DNA from: a virus
Lineage: Duplodnaviria; Caudoviricetes
DNA: 45,415 nt
Reading direction: 5' to 3' (one strand)
IMG/VR virus record: IMGVR_UViG_3300004241_000005
Span: 1 to 45,415 of that record
The position numbers and the translations under genes were made by a program. Under the pieces are notes generated by a model. The model was not told where the DNA came from. It did not search any database and saw only the letters and a list, made by a program, of their open reading frames with translations. Positions 17,730 through 27,264 of the stretch are shown in pieces (within the stretch, counting starts at the first letter, position 1; every line of letters starts with the position of its first letter).

Positions 17730-18058
17730 GCCGCTTTGAGGCCATGCTTCAGCACGACGCGCAGGCCGTGTTCCTGAACACGGCCGAGTTCGCGCGTGAA
17801 CTGGAGATCGACGGCCGCCGGGTCAGGGCCATGTGGGACGACTCCATGCGCTCGGGCATGGTCGGCAACTCCGGCGGCCTTGATGAGGCCATGTACGGCG
17901 TCAACGTGGAGCGCCGCGTCCTGCTCGCCCTGTCCGCGGACATGGCGAAGCCCGTGTCCGGTCAGGAGTTCGAAATCGAAGGCGGCTTCTGGACGGTCGG
18001 TCCGGTGGAAGACCAGCACGGCGTGCTCAGGATCAACCTGAGTCGCAACCTGTCGTGA
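17726..18058 (+). CDS. Head-tail joining protein (gpFII-like)
   Basis: VFLNTAEFA..LEIDG...GVLRINL; position. Confidence 0.65.
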   Translation: MSRFEAMLQHDAQAVFLNTAEFARELEIDGRRVRAMWDDSMRSGMVGNSGGLDEAMYGVNVERRVLLALSADMAKPVSGQEFEIEGGFWTVGPVEDQHGVLRINLSRNLS

Positions 18059-18065
18059 GGAAGGC

Positions 18066-18710
18066 ATGAACAAGCGACTGCGTGAACTGGATTTCGCGGG
18101 CGGCGTGGCCGTCAACGTGGACGCCACGGACGTGCAGCTCGCCGTTTCACGCGCGGCCAAGATCATCCCCGACCAGATCATGGACGCCGCCGCCAGGGTG
18201 CAGCGCAAGGTGCTCGGCGCGCTCGCCCGACAAATCCGCGATGATCTTGCTCGTGAGACCACGCTCGACAAGCCGGTCATCGCCAAGGCCATTCGCACCA
18301 AGACCTTCAAGCGCAGAATGGCCGAGGTCCAGGGCGCGGTGCGCGTGGCCACGAGCAGGCTTCCGCTCATCAGGTACGCCCGAGGCATCTCGCCCCTGCG
18401 CGTGACTGCCGAGAAGGGCAAGCGCCCCCGGGACTGGACCGCCCTCAGCTACCGGCTGACCAGCGAAGGCAGGGAATACGGCAACAGCTCCGACCAGGAA
18501 GGCCACTCCCGGCTGTTCGTCGCCAAGCTCCGCTCCGGCCATCTCGGCGTGTACACGCGGTTCGGCGGATCGCTGTTCGAGGAGGAGGGCCCCTCGGTGC
18601 AGTTCCACGTGGCCTCACCCGAGAAGCGCACCCGCTATGAGCACAGCCTCATCGAGCAGTTCCTCGACGGACTAGGCCAGGAAGTGTCCATGCGCGGAGG
18701 CTCACTATGA
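18066..18710 (+). CDS. Tail completion protein (gpZ-like)
   Basis: Basic protein, LFVAKLRSGHLGVYTR...GPSV. Confidence 0.65.
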   Translation: MNKRLRELDFAGGVAVNVDATDVQLAVSRAAKIIPDQIMDAAARVQRKVLGALARQIRDDLARETTLDKPVIAKAIRTKTFKRRMAEVQGAVRVATSRLPLIRYARGISPLRVTAEKGKRPRDWTALSYRLTSEGREYGNSSDQEGHSRLFVAKLRSGHLGVYTRFGGSLFEEEGPSVQFHVASPEKRTRYEHSLIEQFLDGLGQEVSMRGGSL

Positions 18711-19183
18711 ACGAATACACCCTCATGTGCGCGATCAGAAGGGTTCTTGAGGAGAGGCTCATCGAGCTGCCGCTCGCGGTCCCCTCGCGCAGCGGCCACC
18801 CTGAGGGCACACGCGCTGCCACCGTTTTCATCGGCGACCTTCCGCCCAAGGGTGACGGCCCGGACCAGGCGTTCCCCTTCGTGCTCCTGCAGGCGAAGTC
18901 CGGCCACTTCACCGGAGTGGAGGCCGTCGCTCGCGTGCTCATCCGCTGCGGGGTCTACAACAGGGAGCCGGGCGACAACGGCGAGGCGGTGGAAAACGAT
19001 CTCTCCAACCTCGCCACCTTCATCCGGCGGCTGCTGTTCCCCTACAGCCAGGAGCCGCTGGAGTCCAAATACAACCTGGAGCCAGACGGCAAGGGGGAGT
19101 TCCTGCCGTGGGAGCGCCCCGATCAGCAACCGCAGCCCTACGCCGAGAGCTGGATCGCCTCGATCTGGCGTCTGCCGGGGTGA
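18707..19183 (+). CDS. Putative tail terminator
   Basis: VFIGDLPP...FPFVLL...QPQPY; position before sheath. Confidence 0.55.
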   Translation: MNEYTLMCAIRRVLEERLIELPLAVPSRSGHPEGTRAATVFIGDLPPKGDGPDQAFPFVLLQAKSGHFTGVEAVARVLIRCGVYNREPGDNGEAVENDLSNLATFIRRLLFPYSQEPLESKYNLEPDGKGEFLPWERPDQQPQPYAESWIASIWRLPG

Positions 19184-19200
19184 GCACAAAGGAGACTCAC

Positions 19201-19506
19201 ATGGCCAAAATCCAAGCGTCAGCGAGCAGCGACACCGCCTCGGCCGAGGCCGCGGCGACCGTCGAGGTCGCCGGCCAGGTCATCTACCTCGGCCCGCGCC
19301 TCTTGAAGCCCGTGCACGTGGTCCCGAACGCGGTGTACCGCGGCGAGCTGCCGGCCGAGCTGGCGGCCCTGGCCGCCAAGGACGGCGACGTGAGGGCCTG
19401 CATCGTTCCCGTGGACCAGGCCGGAAAGGCCCTGCGCGGTTCCGGCGCCGCGGCCCTGGCCGAGGCCCGGGCCAATGTCACCAACCGCTACCTCGGGAGG
19501 AAGTAG
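19201..19506 (+). CDS. Hypothetical tail-region protein
   Basis: AAAGGAG RBS, VIYLGP motif, precedes sheath. Confidence 0.55.
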   Translation: MAKIQASASSDTASAEAAATVEVAGQVIYLGPRLLKPVHVVPNAVYRGELPAELAALAAKDGDVRACIVPVDQAGKALRGSGAAALAEARANVTNRYLGRK

Positions 19507-19509
19507 CCC

Positions 19510-20751
19510 ATGAGCTACCGTCATGGCGTATACACATCCGAGCAGAGCACGAGCGTCGTCGCCCCGGTGAACGTCGACGTGGCCCTTCCCGTGGCCGTGG
19601 GCATCGCCCCGGTGCACAAGCTGGCCACCGGCGTCGCCAAGCCGGTCAACGAGCCCAAGCTCATCTACACCTACCAGGAGTTCGTTGAGACCTTCGGGTG
19701 GGACGATGACCCGCAGACCTACGGCCTGTGCGGCGTGGCCAAGGCCTACCTGTCGCTCTACGGCGTCGCCCCCGTGGTCTTCATCAACGTGTTCGACCCG
19801 GCCACGCACAAGACCGGCGAGACGCCCGACCCCAGCAAGGTCGTGGCCGCGGACGTGATCGGCGGCATCGACGCGACCACGCTCGCCCGCACCGGCCTGG
19901 AGCTCGTGAGCGAGGTCTTCCCGCGCTTCCGCCTGGTGCCCGGCCAGATCCTCTGCCCCGGCTTCTCGCAGACTCCCTCCGTGGCCGTGGTGATGGGGGC
20001 CAAATGCACGGAGGTCTCCGGCCACTTCACGTGCACCGGCATCGTGGACGTGCCCGCGACCGTGACCCGGTACACCGACGTGCCGGCCTGGATCAACGAC
20101 GAGAACCTGACCGACCCCAACTTGCAGGTTTTTTTCGGCTCCCCGGTGCTGAACGACGTGGTGTACCACGGCTCCAGCTTCCTGGCCGGCACCATCGGCA
20201 AGCGCGACGCCAAGAGCGGCGGCGTGCCGTTCTGGAGCCCGAGCAACAACCGCCTGCTGTGCTCCAGCCTGTCCCATGCCGGCAAGGAGCTGCACCTGGA
20301 CTCGACCCAGGCCGCCTACCTGAACGGCCAGGGCGTGATCACCGGCCTGAACTTCGTGGGCGGGCTCAAGGTCTGGGGCAACCGCACCGCCGCCTACCCC
20401 GGCATCACCGACGTGAAGGACAGCTTCATTCCGGTGCGGCGCATGTTCAACTGGGTGGGCAACACCATCATCCTCACGGCCTGGCAGATGGTGGACTGGC
20501 CCCTGCGCCGGCGCACCATCGAGACCGTGTGCGACACCGTCAACTGCTGGTTCAACGGCTTGACCTCGCGCGAGTACCTGCTGGGCGGCCGCGTGGCCTT
20601 CCTCGACGCCGAGAATCCCTCCATTGATCTGCTGGACGGCATCGCCCGCTTCCACGTCTACATGGCGCCGCCGCCGCCGGCCCGCGATATGGAGTTCGTC
20701 CTGGAGTACGACGTGAACTACCTCAACGCCCTGTTCGGGGCCAGCAGCTAG
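19510..20751 (+). CDS. Contractile tail sheath protein
   Basis: MSYRHGVY, YLNGQGVIT, WGNRTAAYP, FIPVRRMFNWV. Confidence 0.92.
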   Translation: MSYRHGVYTSEQSTSVVAPVNVDVALPVAVGIAPVHKLATGVAKPVNEPKLIYTYQEFVETFGWDDDPQTYGLCGVAKAYLSLYGVAPVVFINVFDPATHKTGETPDPSKVVAADVIGGIDATTLARTGLELVSEVFPRFRLVPGQILCPGFSQTPSVAVVMGAKCTEVSGHFTCTGIVDVPATVTRYTDVPAWINDENLTDPNLQVFFGSPVLNDVVYHGSSFLAGTIGKRDAKSGGVPFWSPSNNRLLCSSLSHAGKELHLDSTQAAYLNGQGVITGLNFVGGLKVWGNRTAAYPGITDVKDSFIPVRRMFNWVGNTIILTAWQMVDWPLRRRTIETVCDTVNCWFNGLTSREYLLGGRVAFLDAENPSIDLLDGIARFHVYMAPPPPARDMEFVLEYDVNYLNALFGASS

Positions 20752-20760
20752 GAGGGGGCC

Positions 20761-21300
20761 ATGACTCTGCCCACCGCCAATCCCATCCCGGAAAAGCTCA
20801 TCGCCTTTCGCGTCTACCTCGAGGGCGAGGATATGCTCGGCCTGGCCGACGTGGAGCTTCCGGACGTGGAGTTCATGTCCGAGACCGTTTCCGGCGCAGG
20901 CGTGGCCGGCGAGCTGGAGAGCCCGGTCATCGGCCACACCAAGAGCCTGGCGCTCAAGCTCAAGTGGCGCACGTTCAACGAAAGCGCGGCCGCCCTGCTC
21001 GCGCCCAAACTGCACCATCTGGACCTGCGCGGCTCCATCCAGCGCTTCGACCCCGGCTCGGGCACCTACGAGTCGCAGGCCATGAAGGTCGTGGCGCGCG
21101 GCACGCCCAAGAAGGGCGGCCTGGGCAAGTTCGAGATGGGCAAGGCCATGGACAACGAGAGCGAGTTCGAAGTGAGCTACATCAAGGTATGGCTCGGCGG
21201 CGAGGAGATCATCGAGATCGACAAGCTGAACTTCAAGTTCGTCGTGAACGGCGAGGACGCCCTGGCCGACGTGCGCGAGCAGCTGGGCCTTGAGACCTAG
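20761..21300 (+). CDS. Major tail tube protein (P2 FII-like)
   Basis: LGLADVELP...SGAGVAGE...IEIDKLNFKFVVNGED. Confidence 0.9.
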   Translation: MTLPTANPIPEKLIAFRVYLEGEDMLGLADVELPDVEFMSETVSGAGVAGELESPVIGHTKSLALKLKWRTFNESAAALLAPKLHHLDLRGSIQRFDPGSGTYESQAMKVVARGTPKKGGLGKFEMGKAMDNESEFEVSYIKVWLGGEEIIEIDKLNFKFVVNGEDALADVREQLGLET

Positions 21301-21311
21301 AGACAGCAACC

Positions 21312-21333
21312 GGGGAGGCCGCAAGGCCTCCCC
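21312..21333 (+). terminator. Hairpin with GCAA tetraloop
   Basis: ggggaggcc-gcaa-ggcctcccc. Confidence 0.5.
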
Positions 21334-21353
21334 CTCGTAAGGAGGACAGACAG

Positions 21354-21629
21354 ATGAACGAGAAGCCGGAATCGAAAAAGATGGAAGTGGTCGTGACCCT
21401 GGATTTCCCCGTGGCGCTTGCCGACCGCAAGCTCACGGAGCTGACCATGCGTCGGCCCACGGTCAAGGATCACCTCGAGGCCGAAAAGGGCGGCGGCGGC
21501 GACCTGGCCAGTGAGGTCCGCCTCTTCGGGCGCATGTGCAAGGTGAACCCCGAAGACCTCGAAACCCTGGACATGGCGGACTACCAACGCATGCAGGAGG
21601 TCTACAAGAGTTTTTTGCGCCAGGCGTAG
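21354..21629 (+). CDS. Tail assembly chaperone (P2 gpE-like)
   Basis: TLDFPV...LTMRRPTVKD...LDMADY; lies between tube and tape measure genes. Confidence 0.85.
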   Translation: MNEKPESKKMEVVVTLDFPVALADRKLTELTMRRPTVKDHLEAEKGGGGDLASEVRLFGRMCKVNPEDLETLDMADYQRMQEVYKSFLRQA

Positions 21630-21772
21630 ACGGGCCGACCCTGCGGCGCATGGTGGTGGAGGTTGCGGCGGCGACGGGCTGGGGGCGGGGTGAGCTGCTG
21701 GCCTTGACGTTTGTGGAACTGGAGCTTTGGCGGCAGGCGGCCGCGGATGTAGCGAACGTGAGGGCGGGGTGA
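21610..21772 (+). other. -1 frameshift site (G TTT TTT G) and E'-like extension
   Basis: TTTTTTG at 21611-21617; -1 frame continues FAPGVDGPTLRRMVVEVAAATGWGRGELLALTFVELELW to the tape measure start. Confidence 0.75.
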
Positions 21773-24102
21773 TGGCAGGCGGCAAGGTCATCGGCGTAAG
21801 CTTCGCCGTCGGAGCGGTCTTGAGGCCCTCCGTTTCCTCCGTCTTTTCGACGGTGAAGGCGCGCACGCAGGCGCTCAATGCCGACCTCAAGACCATGAAG
21901 GCCACGGCCTCGAAGGCCAAGGCCGTTGTCGAGACGAGCCGCAGCCTGTCCGACCTGAAGGCGGCGCGCAAGGACGCCCCCAAGTCCGACCACGCGATGC
22001 TCGACGCCAAAATCAAGACGGTCCAGGCGCGCTACGACAGGGCCACGGCTGCCGCGCAAAAGCATGGCATGTCCGTGGTCCAGTGCGCCGCGGTGTACAA
22101 GAAGCTCGACTCGGAGATCACCCGGGCGGAGGCCTCGCTCGCTAGGATGAACAAGCGCCAGGCCAACGCCGACAAGCGCAAGGAGCTCAAGGGCGAGATC
22201 CTCGGCGTCGCGGCCACGGCCGTGGCGGTTTTCGCGCCGGTGAAGCTGGCGATGGATTTCGAGTCCGCCTTCGCCGACGCCAAGAAGGTCATGGACGACT
22301 TTCGCGATGAGGACATCGCCCAGATGCCCAAGGATATCCGTAAGCTGTCCAAGGAGACCGGGCTCGCGGCGGCGGACATCGCCGGCATCTACGCGGCCGC
22401 GGCCGCGGCCAAGATCGCGGGCAGCCGCCAGGAACTGCGGGAGTTCGCCGGAACGGCCGCAAAGATGGCCGTGGCCTTCGGCATGAGCGCGGCGGACGCC
22501 GGCCAGCGGATGTCCTCCTGGCGCTCCAAGATGGGCCTCTCGCAAGCGGAAGTGGTGTCCCTGGCCGATGCGGTGAACCACCTCGGCAACAACATGGCCG
22601 CCGACCCGCTCAAGACCTCGGAGGTCATCGAGCGCGTCGGCGCGGTGGCCAAGACCGCCGGCCTCGCCACCAATCAGATCGCCGCCCTGGCTGCGACCTT
22701 TGTGGCGGCCTCGCCCTCGCCCGAGATCGCGGCCACGGGCATGAAGAACTTCCTGCTCACCCTAGCCAAGGGCACGGCCATGTCCAAGGACCAGCAGAAG
22801 TCCTTCGCACGCCTCGGCTTTGACCCCAAGCTGCTCGCGCAGGACATGCAGAAGGACGCCGAGGGCGCGGTCCTCCGCGTGCTCCAGGCCCTCCAGCGCA
22901 TGCCCGAGGCCGAGCAGGCGTCGCTTCTGTCCGAGATGTTCGGCACGGAGAGCCTGGGCGCCATCGCCCCCATGCTCCAGAACCTTGACGGGCTCAAGAA
23001 GGCGTTCGGCAACGTGGCCAAGGCCGAGGCCTACGCCGGGTCCATGGGGAAGGAGTACGAGAGCAGGGCGGCCACCACCGAGAACGCCTGGAAACGGGCA
23101 AAGGCCGGGGCGGAATCCGCAGGCATCGCCTTCGGGTCGGTGCTCCTGCCCGCGGTGGCCGACACCTTGAACGCGACCGGGGCATTGCTCACTCCCGTGA
23201 TCGGCCTCGCGGAGGAGTTCCCCGCGGTGACGAAGGTCGTGGCGATGGCCGGCGTGGCGCTGGTGGGCCTCAAGGTCGGCGCGATGGCCACGGCTTTCGC
23301 GGCCACGGTCCTGTCTGACGGTTGGCTCGTTGCGCGCGGCGTCATCGCTGGCCTGCATCCCACCCTGCTGTTGTCCCGCGCCGCGCTCATCGCGCACCGC
23401 ACCGTGGCCATCGGCGCGGCCGTGGCCACCAAGAGCATGGCCGTGGCGCAATGGGCGCTCAATGTGGCCATGACCGCCAACCCCATCGGTCTGGCGATCG
23501 CCGGGGCCGTGGCCCTGGGCGCGGCCGTGTGGGCGCTGTACACCTACTGCGAGCCTGTGCGGCGCGTGCTCGACGGCCTGTGGTCCAGCGTGACCGGAGG
23601 CGCGTCGGCGGCCTGGAGCGCCGTGATGGCGGGCGTGGAGTGGATACGGTCTGTCTCGCTGTACGATGCCGGCGTGAAGCTGCTCACCACGTTCGCCGAT
23701 GGCATCAAGGCCGTGGCGATGGCCCCGGTGGAAGCGGTGAGCGCCGTGGTGGCCAAGGTGCGCGAATACCTGCCAGGGTCCGACGCGGAGCGCGGACCCC
23801 TGTCCACGCTCACGGCCTCGGGTGCGGCCATCCCCGCGACCATGGCGCAGGGCATGGCCGCCGCCGGCGACGGCGGTCTTGGCCAGGCCCTGAACCGCAA
23901 CCTGAACGTCGGCGGTCGAGGCCTCGGCGGCGGGGCGGCGGGTGCGGGCATCGTGATCAACTTTGCGCCCTCGATCACCGTTCAGGGTGGGGGGCCGGGC
24001 GTGGCCGAGCAGATCGGGGACCAGCTCCAGCTTTCCGAATCCCGCCTGCGCGAGATGCTCGAAAACATCCTGCGGGATGAGGCGAGGCTGGCCTATGCCT
24101 AG
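21772..24102 (+). CDS. Tail tape measure protein
   Basis: AMDFESAFAD, LADAVNHLGNN, ANPIGLAI; Ala-rich, 776 aa. Confidence 0.92.
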   Translation: MAGGKVIGVSFAVGAVLRPSVSSVFSTVKARTQALNADLKTMKATASKAKAVVETSRSLSDLKAARKDAPKSDHAMLDAKIKTVQARYDRATAAAQKHGMSVVQCAAVYKKLDSEITRAEASLARMNKRQANADKRKELKGEILGVAATAVAVFAPVKLAMDFESAFADAKKVMDDFRDEDIAQMPKDIRKLSKETGLAAADIAGIYAAAAAAKIAGSRQELREFAGTAAKMAVAFGMSAADAGQRMSSWRSKMGLSQAEVVSLADAVNHLGNNMAADPLKTSEVIERVGAVAKTAGLATNQIAALAATFVAASPSPEIAATGMKNFLLTLAKGTAMSKDQQKSFARLGFDPKLLAQDMQKDAEGAVLRVLQALQRMPEAEQASLLSEMFGTESLGAIAPMLQNLDGLKKAFGNVAKAEAYAGSMGKEYESRAATTENAWKRAKAGAESAGIAFGSVLLPAVADTLNATGALLTPVIGLAEEFPAVTKVVAMAGVALVGLKVGAMATAFAATVLSDGWLVARGVIAGLHPTLLLSRAALIAHRTVAIGAAVATKSMAVAQWALNVAMTANPIGLAIAGAVALGAAVWALYTYCEPVRRVLDGLWSSVTGGASAAWSAVMAGVEWIRSVSLYDAGVKLLTTFADGIKAVAMAPVEAVSAVVAKVREYLPGSDAERGPLSTLTASGAAIPATMAQGMAAAGDGGLGQALNRNLNVGGRGLGGGAAGAGIVINFAPSITVQGGGPGVAEQIGDQLQLSESRLREMLENILRDEARLAYA

Positions 24103-24307
24103 CGCCTACGCCACCCGCCAGGGCGACACCTGGGACGCCATCGCCTTCCGCCTGTGGGGCCAGGAACGGCTGTTCGACCAGCTCATGCGCGCCAACCCCG
24201 CGCACCTGGACGTGGTGGTCTTCGACGCCGGCGTCACGCTCGCCGTCCCGTCCGATATCGAAACCACCGTCGAAACCCTGGAGCTGCCGCCGTGGATGAC
24301 CTCCTGA
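24095..24307 (+). CDS. Tail protein X (P2 gpX-like)
   Basis: YATRQGDTWDAIAFRLWG...LMRANP...LPPW. Confidence 0.88.
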   Translation: MPSAYATRQGDTWDAIAFRLWGQERLFDQLMRANPAHLDVVVFDAGVTLAVPSDIETTVETLELPPWMTS

Positions 24308-25338
24308 GCACCGGCGCCGCCGCGCGCAGGGTCAAGCTCTCCGTGACCATCGGCGGGCACGACGTCACGAGTTCGGTGTCCCCGGCCCTCTTGTCGTTCG
24401 AGCTGACGGACCACGCCCACGGCAAGGCCGACGACCTGCGCCTGACCATCCGGGACGAGGGCGGGCGCTGGAGCGGGGCCTGGCGGCCGACCAAGGGCCT
24501 CCCCATCTCGGCCTCCATCCTTTGCCTGGACTGGACCGCCCCGGGTAAGCGTCTTGGCTTGGACTTCGGACGCTTCGCCATCGACGAGGTGGAGTTCTCC
24601 GGGCCACCGGACCAGGTGCAGATCAAGGCGGTGTCCGCCAGCACGGCCACCTCGCTGCGCCAGGAGGCGCGCACCCAGGCGTGGGAGTCCGCCAGCCTGC
24701 GCGTGGTGGCCGGCGAGATCGCCACGCGGCACAAGCTCACGCTCTACTATGACGGGGAGGACTACCCCTTTTCGCGTCAGGACCAGCGCGAGGAGTCCGA
24801 TCTCGCCTTCCTCAAGCGGCTCTGCGAGGAGCGTGGCGTCAACCTCAAGGTCCATGACGGCCGTCTGGTGCTCTTTGCGGCCAAGGCGGCGGACGCCAAG
24901 TCCGCGGCCCTCACCGTGACCAAGCGCGGCGGAGCCCTGCCGGCCACGAAGTACAGCTTCAAGAGCGTCGGAGGGACCGGCTTCAAGGCCTGCGAGGTGG
25001 CCTGGCTCGACCCGGAGACCCGGGATCTGCGCACCTACACCTTCGCGCCGAACGGCCAGCCGCCGTCCGAGCAGGTGCTGCGCGTCAACCGCCGCGTGGA
25101 AAGCCAGGCCGAGGCAATGCAGCTCGCCCAGGCCGAGCTTCGCAAGCGCAACCGCGGCGAATACGAGGGCAGGCTGGAGACCATGGGGCACCCCGGCCTT
25201 GTGGCCGGAATCGTCGTGGCCGCCAGCGGATTCGGAGACTTTGACGGCCGGTACCTGGTCGAAGAGGCCACGCACCGCGTCGATGGCTCCGGCGGGTACA
25301 CCACCGCCGCCAAGATCAAGACGACCTTGTCCTACTAG
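24292..25338 (+). CDS. Baseplate hub (P2 gpD-like)
   Basis: TDHAHGKADDL, QREESDLAFLKRLC, GHPGLVAG, FDGRYLVEEATH; start approximate. Confidence 0.88.
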   Translation: MDDLLSTGAAARRVKLSVTIGGHDVTSSVSPALLSFELTDHAHGKADDLRLTIRDEGGRWSGAWRPTKGLPISASILCLDWTAPGKRLGLDFGRFAIDEVEFSGPPDQVQIKAVSASTATSLRQEARTQAWESASLRVVAGEIATRHKLTLYYDGEDYPFSRQDQREESDLAFLKRLCEERGVNLKVHDGRLVLFAAKAADAKSAALTVTKRGGALPATKYSFKSVGGTGFKACEVAWLDPETRDLRTYTFAPNGQPPSEQVLRVNRRVESQAEAMQLAQAELRKRNRGEYEGRLETMGHPGLVAGIVVAASGFGDFDGRYLVEEATHRVDGSGGYTTAAKIKTTLSY

Positions 25339-25347
25339 GAGATAGCC

Positions 25348-26004
25348 ATGATCGCCGCGCTGGAAGCCAGAGTTCGGGCTCTCGAAGCCATCCTCCGCAA
25401 CCTTGTCCGCGTGGGCGAGGTGGTCGCGGTGGATGAACAGTCCGGCACGGCTCGGGTGCGGTTCGCGGATGCGCAGGGCCTCGTGAGCCATCCGTGCCGC
25501 GTCCTGGTGGACAAGAGCCTGCGCGACAAGAGCCAGTGGATGCCGGACCTGGGCGAGCAGGTGCTCTGCCTGTTCCTGGCCGGCGGCCTGGAGCAGGGCT
25601 TCGTCATCCGCGCCCTCTACTCCAAGGCCGACCCCGCCCCGGGCAAGCCCCCGCACGTCCGTTACGTCCGCTTCGAGGACGGCACCGTACTGGAGTACGA
25701 CCGCGAGGCGCACCTCCTGCGCGCAGACGTGAAGGGGGCTGTCGAGGTCACGGCCGAGGAGGGCGTCAGCGCGACAACGCCCAAGCTGCTCACCCTGGAA
25801 GGCGGCCAGGGCATCGTCATGCGCACCCCGGCTCTGACCATGCAGGGCCTGTCCGGCGGCGGCTGCGCGGCCGTGCTCGCGGCCGACCTTACCTTGAACG
25901 GCGACCTGACCCAGCAGGGCGACATGACGATCAGCGGCGACATCACGGCGGCCGGGGCGATCACGGACGCCGGCGGCAACACCAACCACCATAGCCATAG
26001 CTGA
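25348..26004 (+). CDS. Baseplate spike gpV
   Basis: NLVRVGEV, WMPDLGEQVLCLF, RFEDGTVLEYD, C-terminal HHSH. Confidence 0.9.
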   Translation: MIAALEARVRALEAILRNLVRVGEVVAVDEQSGTARVRFADAQGLVSHPCRVLVDKSLRDKSQWMPDLGEQVLCLFLAGGLEQGFVIRALYSKADPAPGKPPHVRYVRFEDGTVLEYDREAHLLRADVKGAVEVTAEEGVSATTPKLLTLEGGQGIVMRTPALTMQGLSGGGCAAVLAADLTLNGDLTQQGDMTISGDITAAGAITDAGGNTNHHSHS

Positions 26005-26011
26005 GGACCGC

Positions 26012-26932
26012 ATGGTCATCATGGATGCAGCCACCCGCAGCGCAGTGCAGGCCGAGCTTCTGGCCAGCCTGTTCTCCGGCGCGCCGCCGGACCCGTCGGA
26101 GATCCTGCCCTCGGTTGAAACGGCGGTCGCGGAGCGGGGGTACACCCTGGCGGAATCCAGGTTGCAGCCCTGGGGCCGGAAGCTGGAACTGGAGCTGGGG
26201 GCCCTGTCCGGCGGCCTCGCCCGCCGCCTTGGGCAGGAGCATGGCCTGAGCTCCGCTGACGTAGCCCTGGCGCGGCGCGCCGTGTCCGGCGTCATGGCCC
26301 TGCGCGGCGAAGGCGTCGGCCCCTCGTCCTGGACGCTCTGGCTCAATCAGGACTTCACCTGGGATCTGGCCGAGTCCATCGCGACCAAGGCGCTCGCGGG
26401 CTCGCCCCTGACCTCCATCGTGGGCGCCGTGCGCGAGCTGCTGCAGGCGGCCGCTGAAGCCGCCGCCGAGGAAGAGGCGGCGGAGGACGCCGCCGATGAG
26501 GAGGCCTGGTCCGTCCTCGACGAAGAGGCCGATGAGCCTTTCGCGTCGGGAACCGGGAGCTTCGGCCCCGTGGCGTTCCTGGTCAGCAGCGAGAAGGTCA
26601 TGACCTGGCGGGACGCCTCGCGCGAGCACAAGGGACGCTACGCCACGCACGAGATTTTGGGCGCCGCCCCGCGCCTTGAGTTCCTCTCGGCCGACATCTC
26701 ACAGACCTCCTTTTCGGTGCGCCTGGACGCCGCCCTTGGCGCATCGCCGGCCGAGGATGCGGGAGCCCTGACCGAAATGGCCAAGACCGGCCGCGTCGAG
26801 CTCCTGGTCCTGGGCGGCCGCAATCTCGGCCAGCATGTGCTGGAGAGCGTGCGCGAGACCTGGAAACACGCGGGCCCGGGCGGCGTGGTCCTGGTCGCCG
26901 ACCTGGAGCTGACCTTCAAGGAGTACGCCTGA
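26012..26932 (+). CDS. gpU-like tail protein with extra N-terminal domain
   Basis: C-terminal GSFGPVAF...RYATHEILG..PRLEF...LTFKEY; ~180-aa N-terminal extension with acidic linker. Confidence 0.7.
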   Translation: MVIMDAATRSAVQAELLASLFSGAPPDPSEILPSVETAVAERGYTLAESRLQPWGRKLELELGALSGGLARRLGQEHGLSSADVALARRAVSGVMALRGEGVGPSSWTLWLNQDFTWDLAESIATKALAGSPLTSIVGAVRELLQAAAEAAAEEEAAEDAADEEAWSVLDEEADEPFASGTGSFGPVAFLVSSEKVMTWRDASREHKGRYATHEILGAAPRLEFLSADISQTSFSVRLDAALGASPAEDAGALTEMAKTGRVELLVLGGRNLGQHVLESVRETWKHAGPGGVVLVADLELTFKEYA

Positions 26933-27264
26933 TGCAGTACGAAGTGCTCGCCGCCCCGGGCGGCCCCATTGTTTTCGGAGCGACCGGCCTGGCCGAGATC
27001 GCGCAGAACATCCGCATGATCCTGGCCACCTCGGCGTGGTCCTGTCCCCTGGATCGCGCCTTCGCCGTGGCCGCGGACATCGTGGACAGCCCCCTGCCCC
27101 TGGCCACGGCCGCGCGCATCGGCAAGATCATCCAATCCGTTGAACAGCATGAACCCCGCGTCCGCGTGACGTCGGTGAAGTTCGAGCCCGCGCCCGCCGC
27201 CGCCCTCGAAGGCCGGCTGTACCCGCGGGTGCGCTTCGCGCTCAGAGAGGGGGTGAGCCTGTGA
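26932..27264 (+). CDS. Baseplate gpW/gp25-like protein
   Basis: EIAQNIRMILAT...PLDRAF...HEPRVRV. Confidence 0.85.
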   Translation: MQYEVLAAPGGPIVFGATGLAEIAQNIRMILATSAWSCPLDRAFAVAADIVDSPLPLATAARIGKIIQSVEQHEPRVRVTSVKFEPAPAAALEGRLYPRVRFALREGVSL

